Part shown: in pieces, positions 11,813 through 20,336 of the stretch | Numbering within the stretch: the stretch's first letter is position 1 | Layout of the letters: each line of letters starts with the position of its first letter | From: an uncultured cyanobacterium | Lineage (GTDB): Bacteria > Cyanobacteriota > Cyanobacteriia > Cyanobacteriales > Microcystaceae | Assembly (NCBI GenBank): GCA_963807635.1 | Contig: CAWEDJ010000068.1 | Span: 1-24,747 of the forward strand | Direction: 5' to 3' | Length of the DNA stretch: 24,747 nucleotides | Position numbers and translations under genes: made by a program | Notes under the pieces: generated by a model | Database searches by the model: none | What the model was told of the DNA's origin: nothing | The model's input: the letters and a program-made list of their open reading frames with translations, nothing else

Positions 11813-13849
11813 ATGGAACTGCTTTATCAATATGCCTGGATCATTCCTGTGTTGCCCTTGGTGGCGGCCATGATTGTCGGTCTGGGATTAATTTCTTTTA
11901 ATCAAGTTACCAATGGATTGCGTCAACTCAATGCGGTACTGATCGTTTTTTTCCTCGGTACGGCAATGGTCTTATCCTTTGCGCTGTTGGTCAGTCAACT
12001 GCAAGGTCATGAATCCTATCGCTATATGTTGGAGTGGGCCTCGGCGGGCGACTTCAAGCTAGAAATGGGATTTGTAATCGACCATCTCAGCGCACTCATG
12101 CTGGTAATTGTCACCTCCGTTGCGTTTCTGGTGATGATCTATACCGATGGTTATATGGCCCATGACTCTGGTTATGTGCGGTTTTATGCCTATTTAAGTT
12201 TATTTGCCTCTTCCATGTTGGGTTTAGTCATTAGCCCCAACCTCAGTTCAGGTTTATATTTTCTGGGAATTGGTGGGGATGTGTTCCTATTTGCTGATTG
12301 GCTTCTGGTATGACCGCAAAGCCGCCGCCGATGCCTGCCAAAAAGCCTTTGTGACCAATCGAGTCGGTGACTTCGGTTTACTTTTAGGAATTTTGGGTTT
12401 ATATTGGGCGACCAATAGTTTTGATTTTCCTGTGATTGGAGAACGTTTGGAACAATTGGTTTCTTCAGGAGCCATGAGCGGTGCGATCGCGTCTTTCTTG
12501 GCAATTTTAGTGTTTCTGGGGCCAGTTGCGAAATCAGCCCAGTTTCCCCTCCACGTTTGGTTGCCCGATGCAATGGAAGGCCCGACCCCCATTTCGGCCT
12601 TGATTCATGCGGCGACGATGGTTGCGGCAGGGGTATTCCTGATTGCTCGGCTCTACCCCGTCTTTGAACCCTTACCCGTGGTCATGAACGTGATCGCCTG
12701 GACAGGTTGCACAACCGCCGTTTTAGGAGCCACGATCGCCTTAACGCAAAATGACATCAAAAAAGGATTAGCCTATTCCACCATTTCCCAGTTGGGTTAT
12801 ATGGTCATGGCCATGGGAATTGGAGCTTATTCGGCAGGATTATTCCATCTGATGACCCATGCTTTCTTTAAAGCCATGCTCTTCCTTTGTTCTGGCTCTG
12901 TCATTCATGGCATGGAAGCCGTTGTCGGTCATGATCCCGTTTTGGCGCAGGATATGCGAATTATGGGCGGTTTACGCAAATATATGCCCGTTACTGCGAC
13001 TTGCTTTTTAATTGGAACTTTAGCGATTTGTGGGATTCCCCCCTTTGCAGGTTTTTGGTCTAAAGATGAAATTCTCGGTCTTGGCCTTTGCAAGCGAATC
13101 CTGCTCTCTGGGCGATCGGTTGGTTAACGGCGGGTTTAACGGCTTTTTATATGTTCCGTATGTACTTCATGACCTTTGAAGGCGGTTTTCGGGGTAATGA
13201 TAAATCCTTACAAAATAAGGTGATGGAATTCTATGGATTGCTCACTCCCGCTTTTGGGCCTGGCGCAATGGATGTCAAGGAGTTAGATCATGATACTCAT
13301 CACAGTCATTCCCCCCACGAGTCGCCCATCGCCATGACCCTACCCTTGATGGTGTTGGCCATTCCTTCGGTTCTCATTGGTTTAATCGGCAAACCCTGGG
13401 CTAACCAGTTTGAAGCGTTTATCCATGCCCCAGGGGAAGTCGTGGAAGCGATCGCAGAATTTGATTGGTCTGAGTTTTATGTGATGGCAGGAAGTTCCAT
13501 TGGGATCGGTTTAATCGGCATCAGTATTGCCATTTTGATGTATCTGCAACACAAAATTGATCCCGCCGCGATCGCCGAAAAATTCCCGACTCTTTACCGT
13601 TTGTCTTTAAATAAATGGTATTTCGATGATATTTACGATGCCATCTTTGTGAGAGGTTCACGTCGTTTAGCCCGTCAAATTATGGAAGTGGATTATCGGG
13701 TGATTGATGGAGCCGTTAACCTCACGGGTTTAGTGACTTTGGTTAGTGGTGAAGGTTTGAAATACCTAGAAAATGGTCGCGCTCAATTTTATGCGTTGAT
13801 TGTATTTGCGGCTGTTTTAGGATTTGTTGTTGTGTTTAGTGTGGTTTAA
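11813..13849 (+). CDS. ndhF1: NAD(P)H-quinone oxidoreductase subunit 5 (NdhF1), frameshifts near 12245 and 13085
   Basis: [10 protein letters not shown] start, [53 protein letters not shown] and [14 protein letters not shown]. Confidence 0.95.
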
Positions 13850-13869
13850 TTTTTAAACTTGTTGTATTG

Positions 13870-13903
13870 CAAGCATTCTCTTAAATGAGGGTGCTTGTTT
13901 TTT
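13870..13903 (+). terminator. Intrinsic terminator after ndhF1
   Basis: CAAGCATTCTC-TTAAAT-GAGGGTGCTTG stem followed by TTTTTT. Confidence 0.8.
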
Positions 13904-13971
13904 ATCAACCCAACCTACAGATCGGCGATCGCCCTTAAGATTTGCTATAGTGAAAATAGTAACACTCTAGG

Positions 13972-14433
13972 ATGTTATTGATTATGGCAACCGTTCAAAC
14001 TATCGATTATGAAAGTGATTTTGCTCTTTGGCTTGAAGAAACAGTCACGAACTTAAAATCACAGAATTTCCAACAAGTAGATTGGGAAAATTTGATTGAG
14101 GAGGTCGAGTCCTTGGGAAAAAGTCAACGTAGTGCCGTGCGTAGTTATTTAGTTCGTCTTCTAGAGCATTTGCTGAAGCGTTGTTATGGGTCAATACCTG
14201 ATTGTAATCGCGGTTGGGAAATTGAAATTCGTAATTTTCGTCAACGTTTAATGTTTGAGTTAGAAGATTCCCCAAGTTTGAAAAATTTTATTGTGGAGAT
14301 TTTGCCGAAGTGTTACGGGATTGCATTAGATAACGTTAAAGATAGTTATCCTAATGTTATTTTTCCTGATTATTGTCCGTTTCCTAACGAAGTAGAAATA
14401 TTATTAAATGATAGATTTTGGGAAAAAGACTAA
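13972..14433 (+). CDS. DUF29 family protein
   Basis: 'YESDFALW', 'DWENLIEEVESLGKSQR', 'LLEHLLK', 'W..EI.NFR', 'DSPSLK' and 'FP..CPF....L...FW'. An alternative start is at 13984. Confidence 0.9.
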   Translation: MLLIMATVQTIDYESDFALWLEETVTNLKSQNFQQVDWENLIEEVESLGKSQRSAVRSYLVRLLEHLLKRCYGSIPDCNRGWEIEIRNFRQRLMFELEDSPSLKNFIVEILPKCYGIALDNVKDSYPNVIFPDYCPFPNEVEILLNDRFWEKD

Positions 14434-14469
14434 GATCGCAGTAGAGATAAATTGATCAATAGAAATTCC

Positions 14470-14613
14470 ATCACGTCTTTCTATAGCAAATAAAACACCG
14501 ATCAACCAACCTGTTAACCCATTAACTCGACCCTCGATAATATCCAAACGTTGATCAAGACCTGACACTTTTTCGTCCAGGGTAGCGATTTGTCCTGATA
14601 ATCTTTCTTTCAT
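14470..14613 (-). pseudogene. Fragment of a small coiled-coil membrane-anchored protein (same general class as 11323-11607)
   Basis: 'ERLSGQIATLDEKVSGLDQRLDIIEGRVNGLTGWLIGVLFAI' gives heptads plus the start of a TM helix, then runs into unrelated sequence overlapping the DUF29 end. Confidence 0.5.
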
Positions 14614-14812
14614 GAAAGCTTGTTTTGATAATCATAAAACAACAGTTTTTTAGTCAATGAAACGTGAATTACCGTCTCTGCGATCGCCTAGAAGATAAGC
14701 CGAATATTAAAAATGCGATCGCACTGATTGGAATTTATCCTGAAAAAATGTTTTTATTCCGACAAAAATAAGGCTACAGATAAGCGATCGCGCATGGTGA
14801 CCTTACTATTTT

Positions 14813-15217
14813 TCAACGGGAATCTATGATGTGATCGCGCCCTATTTTATCACCTTCGATTTTATCCTGGGCAATATTATCGCCTCTTTCATTCGTTTGA
14901 ACTGTAACAGTCGAGTTTTGAATGAGAACTGACGCTTTAGAATCTTTGATTGTTTCATCATCAGATACTTCGGAAATATAAGCTGCAAGAAGATATAATT
15001 CCTCTTTTAGTTGGTCTAGTTCTTTGCCAGATAAATTATCTTTATTGTCAATTTTCTCGACAATCTCTATTATTTTATCTGATATTTCTTCTTTAATTCT
15101 TAAAATTTCATCTTCAAGTATATCCCTAATTTGCTGTTGCAAACTTTCAGATAGTCGTTGAATTTTTTTAGAGCGTTCCTGTTTTAGAAGTGTCAATTTG
15201 TCTTGGATTTTACTCAT
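14813..15217 (-). CDS. Hypothetical charged helical/coiled-coil protein with a C-terminal GDKI-repeat motif (possibly the frameshifted C-terminus of the Roc-COR protein)
   Basis: ATG at 15217 lies 7 nt after the Roc-COR stop, with GGAG upstream. The E/K/I/L-rich helical body is followed by VLIQNSTVTVQTNERGDNIAQDKIEGDKIGRDHII. Confidence 0.75.
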   Translation of the reverse strand: MSKIQDKLTLLKQERSKKIQRLSESLQQQIRDILEDEILRIKEEISDKIIEIVEKIDNKDNLSGKELDQLKEELYLLAAYISEVSDDETIKDSKASVLIQNSTVTVQTNERGDNIAQDKIEGDKIGRDHIIDSR

Positions 15218-15224
15218 TGTTAAG

Positions 15225-16793
15225 CTACTCCCCAAGTTTGGCCAGCCCTTTGCTAATACGCTCTTTTAAAACTTCCCGTTGACTGAGCAGTTTTGGGTCT
15301 CTTTGGTAAACAGTAAATGGTTCAATCCCATTCATTAATAGCTGAACGTTAATTGGGGTTGTCATACCATCAGGAATAATTTCGCGTATTCCTTCTCTTT
15401 CACAGGCCAAGATAGTTTGATAATCAACAGAAAAGTTCGGATGGTTTGGAATCGGCACACGTTCTGAGACTTGAAGATTAGCAAAAGTCATGTGAATACT
15501 ATCCAATTCATAACGAATAGCTGCAAGGGCATCACGTCGAGTATTGGGTAAGCCAGTAACAAAAATATTAATCGTTTTTTCTTCAAAATCAGCAACAATT
15601 TGAGCGATATTCTCCTTTAAATTTAAAACGACACCATTACGCCAAACAGAGTTTTGAGCGATAAATTGATTTTGACGTACAATAAACCGAAACACTATAT
15701 TTTCGGGTAAGAAATCGTAACGATATTGAAATTGCAGAGAGTCACTCCAATCCTGTAATTCAACTTCTAGGGGAATTTCTTTAGAAAGCAGATTTGGAAT
15801 AAGAAAACGTTCATTTTTTAATTCATAACACCACTGAAAAAATTGCATGATATCAAGAATAAAGCGATGTTTATTCACAGGGTAACGATTACAATCTAAC
15901 ATTTTTGTTAGTGAGTCGAAAGATACAATGCCTTTATCTTCTCTAATTAAACTAGAAGTAAAAATCGAATAAATCGCTCCCGTCAACCATTCAGGATTAA
16001 TGATAATCGTATGACCGAGTCGAGAATTATCAAAATAGACAATAGAACCGAGATCATGGAGAAAATTAATTAATACTGATTGATCTGTTGATTTAATTAG
16101 TCCATGTTTTATACAGATTATTTGATAATCTTCATAGGCAATATAATCTTCATCTAAATTGACTAAAGCTGCCTTGATTTCAAGCCACGTTTTCGGGATC
16201 AGATTAAAAGTATGTGTAAGAGATGAAATAGTCTGTTTGATAAAATCGCGTAACTCATTAATTCCTCTACCTGTTAAACAGGAAACTTCAAAAATACCTT
16301 TAACGTTAGAAAATTTAGAGAATAAAGTCTTTCGATTTATATCTAGTGGCTGTTCATCGTATTTGTTTCCTACAATTAAAACAGGAGAATTACCACCAAA
16401 TGTTTCTATTATTTTAAGCCAATATTCAAGGCGATTTTCTTCTTGAGAAAGACGACTGTTCAATACGAGGATATATAAAGTACGTCTGGTCAAAAAAAGC
16501 TGATGGGTTGCATAGTAAATTTCTTGACCACCAAAATCCCATAAATCAAGCTTAATTGATTGATCGTCTATGTCTAATAACCATGATTTAATATCAATGC
16601 CTTCAGTTTTATTTTCGCTTGCCTTAAAAGTTCCATTTGTTAGTCTTTTAATAAGAGATGTTTTACCAACTCCTCCTTCTCCGACAAAAATAACCCTCGC
16701 TTCATTTAGAGGTAAAACTCCATCGTCACTAACTTCTGAATTTGATAGTGTAGAGTGGCTTGCTACCGTTTGCAATAAATCTTTTTTATTCAT
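15225..16793 (-). CDS. Roc-COR (Roco family) GTPase lacking N-terminal LRRs
   Basis: Roc motifs G1 GEGGVGKT, G2 KTEGIDI, G3 WDFGGQ, G4 GNKYD and G5 VSCLTG. COR motifs FLHDLG.IVYF, INPEWLTGAIY, FLIPNLL, YRYDFLPE....RFIVR and WRNGVVL. Confidence 0.92.
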   Translation of the reverse strand: MNKKDLLQTVASHSTLSNSEVSDDGVLPLNEARVIFVGEGGVGKTSLIKRLTNGTFKASENKTEGIDIKSWLLDIDDQSIKLDLWDFGGQEIYYATHQLFLTRRTLYILVLNSRLSQEENRLEYWLKIIETFGGNSPVLIVGNKYDEQPLDINRKTLFSKFSNVKGIFEVSCLTGRGINELRDFIKQTISSLTHTFNLIPKTWLEIKAALVNLDEDYIAYEDYQIICIKHGLIKSTDQSVLINFLHDLGSIVYFDNSRLGHTIIINPEWLTGAIYSIFTSSLIREDKGIVSFDSLTKMLDCNRYPVNKHRFILDIMQFFQWCYELKNERFLIPNLLSKEIPLEVELQDWSDSLQFQYRYDFLPENIVFRFIVRQNQFIAQNSVWRNGVVLNLKENIAQIVADFEEKTINIFVTGLPNTRRDALAAIRYELDSIHMTFANLQVSERVPIPNHPNFSVDYQTILACEREGIREIIPDGMTTPINVQLLMNGIEPFTVYQRDPKLLSQREVLKERISKGLAKLGE

Positions 16794-16892
16794 TGATTTT
16801 CCGCGAATTTTTTACAAAGTTATTATTAAGGATTGTTCATCTTGGATTGTAAATTTAACTTTACAATTATAATAAATGATTTTTAACACGAT

Positions 16893-17252
16893 CTAAGCAT
16901 CAATAAAACCTTTTAGAGTAGCAATTGTAATTTTGGCAACAGGATGATTAATTGCTTCTTCTAAAGCCGTCGCACCACCTTCTTTGATGGCATTAAACGT
17001 TCGTTGCTTCAGAGTAGGATTAGCCTCAATACTTTCAATGATTTTAGTACTCATCTGTATTTGTCCTAATGGAGTGCTGCTATCATAATCTTGAGAAAGT
17101 TGAGCAATCAGATTGTGAATGTCCTGAGCCGCTTGAACTAAGTTTTGGGAATGGTAATGAACGATTTTGTCACGACCAATCTTATCCCCTGCGATTTTGT
17201 CACCCGCAATATTATCACCGCCTCCGTCATTTCGTTGGTAAATGTTGGACAT
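16893..17252 (-). CDS. Small protein: N-terminal GDKI-repeat motif plus a cyanobacterial helical domain
   Basis: MSNIYQRNDGGGDNIAGDKIAGDKIGRDKIV followed by 'QNLVQAAQDIHNLIAQLSQ.Y....IE.NPTLKQR..NAIKEGG..ALEEAINHPVAKITIATLKGF'. I recall this helical module at the C-termini of many cyanobacterial multidomain proteins. Confidence 0.8.
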   Translation of the reverse strand: MSNIYQRNDGGGDNIAGDKIAGDKIGRDKIVHYHSQNLVQAAQDIHNLIAQLSQDYDSSTPLGQIQMSTKIIESIEANPTLKQRTFNAIKEGGATALEEAINHPVAKITIATLKGFIDA

Positions 17253-17632
17253 TTTCAGCTTTTTACAAAGTAATTCTTATTTCCCTCAGTTTCTATATAA
17301 ACAAAACTGGCGAGTTTAGTCCCCATTCTAACAACAAAAGTCAAGAGCGATCGCAGTGAACCAAGAATCCCCTTCCCTGAATAAAAGACAGATTGAATCT
17401 AGAGAAAAAATGGGGATCACCGATCCCAGTATCAAAAAGGACGAAAAGGGTTAAATACCAGAAAAACGGTTTATTTTATTGAAATACAAAGATTTTTGCT
17501 GTTCTGATTTTAGACAGAACTATCCAGTTATCCGTAATTTTAGCAACATATCTGTACCGAAAACGACAGCGAGAAAAGAACCCTGTGCTAGAATCAGCTA
17601 TACACAGGGCAAGCTGAGGTGATGGTAAGGTT

Positions 17633-20110
17633 ATGTTTGAACGCTTTACAGAAAAGGCAATTAAAGTAATCATGCTCGCTCAAGAAGAAGCCCGTCGCCT
17701 CGGACATAATTTCGTTGGCACGGAACAAATTCTTCTTGGGCTTGATTGGTGAAGGAACAGGAGTCGCGGCTAAAGTTTTGAAATCAATGGGGGTTAATCT
17801 TAAAGATGCTCGCATTGAAGTCGAAAAAATCATTGGGCGTGGCTCTGGCTTTGTGGCGGTGGAAATTCCCTTTACCCCAAGGGCCAAAAGAGTTCTGGAG
17901 CTTTCTTTAGAAGAGGCTCGCCAACTAGGTCATAACTACATCGGCACGGAACATCTGCTTCTGGGTTTAATCCGTGAAGGAGAAGGCGTTGCGGCAAGAG
18001 TTCTCGAAAATTTGGGAGTCGATCTTTCTAAGGTTCGTACCCAAGTCATTCGGATGCTCGGCGAAACGGCAGAAGTCACCGCAGGTGGCGGTGGTGGTGG
18101 ACGAACCAAAACGCCTACCTTAGACGAATTTGGCTCTAATCTGACCCAATTAGCGGCTGATGGTAAACTCGATCCCGTCGTGGGTCGTCAAAAAGAAATT
18201 GAACGGGTGATCCAGATTCTTGGGTCGCCGGACTAAAAATAATCCTGTTTTAATCGGGGAACCGGGAGTCGGTAAAACTGCGATCGCGAAGGATTAGCCC
18301 AACGCATTGCTAATGAGGATATTCCCGACATTCTCGAAGATAAGCGCGTTATGACCCTTGATATTGGTCTGCTGGTCGCAGGAACTAAATATCGCGGGGA
18401 ATTTGAAGAACGCCTGAAAAAGATTATGGATGAAATTCGCACAAGCTGGAAACGTGATCTTAGTGATTGACGAAGTTCATACCTTCATTGGTGCAGGGGC
18501 AGCCGAAGGGCGCGATCGATGCCGCCAATATTCTCAAACCTGCCTTGGCACGGGGAGAATTGCAGTGCATTGGTGCCACGACCCTGGATGAGTACCGTAA
18601 GCACATTGAACGAGATGCCGCTCTGGAACGACGTTTTCAGCCCGTCATGGTCGGTGAACCCTCGCGTGGATGAAACCATTGAAATTTTCTACGGACTGCG
18701 GGAACGTTACGAACAGCACCATAAATTAAAAATCTTAGATGAAGCATTGATGCGGCGGCTAAATTAGCTGATCGTTACATTTCTGATCGATTTTTACCCG
18801 ATAAAGCCATTGATTTAATCGATGAAGCGGGTTCGCGGGTTCGTTTGATCAATTCCCAATTACCTCCTGCGGCAAAGGAATTAGATAAGGAATTGCGTCA
18901 AATTCTCAAGCAAAAAGATGATGCGGTGCGGGCTCAAGAATTTGATGAAGCCGGTAAACTCCGCGATCGCGAAATGGAAATCAAACAGCAAATCCGAGAA
19001 ATTGCTTCTGCTAAGAAAAACTGAGGGAGAAACGATGAACCTCAAGTGACCGTCGGAAGAAATTGCCCATATTGTCGCTTCTTGGACAGGCGTTCCCGTT
19101 AATAAACTGACGGAATCCGAATCCGACAAACTGATGCACATGGAAGATACTCTCCATCAGCGTTTAATTGGTCAAGAAGATGCAGTGAAAGCCGTTTCTC
19201 GTGCGATCCGTCGGGCAAGAGTTGGACTCAAAAATCCCAACCGTCCGATCGCTAGCTTTATCTTCTCTGGGCCGACTGGGGTTGGTAAAACTGAGTTAAC
19301 CAAGGCTCTGGCCGCCTATTTCTTCGGTTCAGAAGATGCCATGATTCGCCTCGATATGTCGGAGTTTATGGAGCGTCACACCGTTTCTAAATTGATTGGT
19401 TCTCCTCCAGGCTATGTGGGCTACAACGAAGGCGGTCAGTTAACGGAAGCTGTGCGTCGTCGTCCCTACACCGTCGTTCTGTTTGATGAAATTGAAAAAG
19501 CTCACCCCGATGTCTTTAATATGCTGCTTGCAGATTTTAGAAGATGGTCGCTTAACGGATGCCAAGGGTCGGACAGTAGATTTCAAGAATACCCTCTTGA
19601 TCATGACCTCCAATATTGGGTCTAAGGTCATCGAAAAAGGTGGCGGCGGACTCGGCTTTGAATTTGCAGAATGACCAAGCGGAAGCCGCAATACAATCGG
19701 ATTCGCTCCTTGGTGAATGAAGAATTGAAACAATACTTCCGTCCTGAATTCCTTAACCGACTGGATGAAATTATTGTCTTCCGTCAACTCAATCGTCGAG
19801 GAAGTCACCGAGATCGCCGAAATTCTGCTCAAAGAGGTATTTACTCGTTTAGTCGAGAAAAATATCACCCTAGAGGTCACGAGCCAAATTCAAGGAACGT
19901 TTAGTCGAGGAGGGTTACAATCCTTCCTACGGTGCAAGACCCTTGCGTCGGGCGATTATGCGTCTTTTGGAAGATGTCTTGGCGGAAGAAATTCTCATGG
20001 GTCGTTTACGAGATGGCGTAACTGCGATCGTTGACATCAATGAGGAAGGCAAGGTGATTGTTGTCCAAACCGAACAACAGCGAGAATTGATACCCCAAGG
20101 TGTTGAATAA
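17633..20110 (+). CDS. clpC: ATP-dependent Clp protease ATP-binding subunit ClpC (many frameshifts)
   Basis: [32 protein letters not shown] start, [51 protein letters not shown] and YGARPLRR; stop TAA at 20108-20110. Confidence 0.95.
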
Positions 20111-20158
20111 AACTCAGTTTTATCTCGATTCTTGGTGAGTTTTTCATGAACGAATAGG

Positions 20159-20191
20159 ACGGTAGGAGATTAATTTCTTCTACCGTTTTTT
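20159..20191 (+). terminator. Intrinsic terminator after clpC
   Basis: ACGGTAGGAGA...TCTTCTACCGT stem followed by a T run. Confidence 0.8.
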
Positions 20192-20336
20192 GATGTTCAA
20201 ATTTTATTGTTTATATGCTAACCGTGAGTTGATTATTCATCGACTTCATCCTATACCTCTAAAAAAAGTCATTAACAGAAAAGCAAGCATGAGTGAGTAA
20301 AAACTTAATTTTGTCAATATCCCCTAAAATACTTGT

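Noticed and set aside
16731..16793. Roc-COR N-terminus (MNKKDLLQTVASHSTLSNSEV) resembles the first helix of HU/IHF
   Set aside because: Only about 20 residues match loosely and the HU beta-arm motifs are absent.
17163..17219. GDKI repeats as a classical pentapeptide-repeat (A(D/N)Lxx) domain
   Set aside because: There are only four units and the consensus differs from A-D/N-L-x-x, so it is too short for a self-contained Rfr fold; it is treated as a short interaction motif instead.
17633..20110. clpC fragments as a pseudogene or programmed frameshifting
   Set aside because: The indels are numerous and scattered, the encoded sequence stays highly conserved, and the same pattern affects many unrelated genes, so sequencing error is the simpler explanation.
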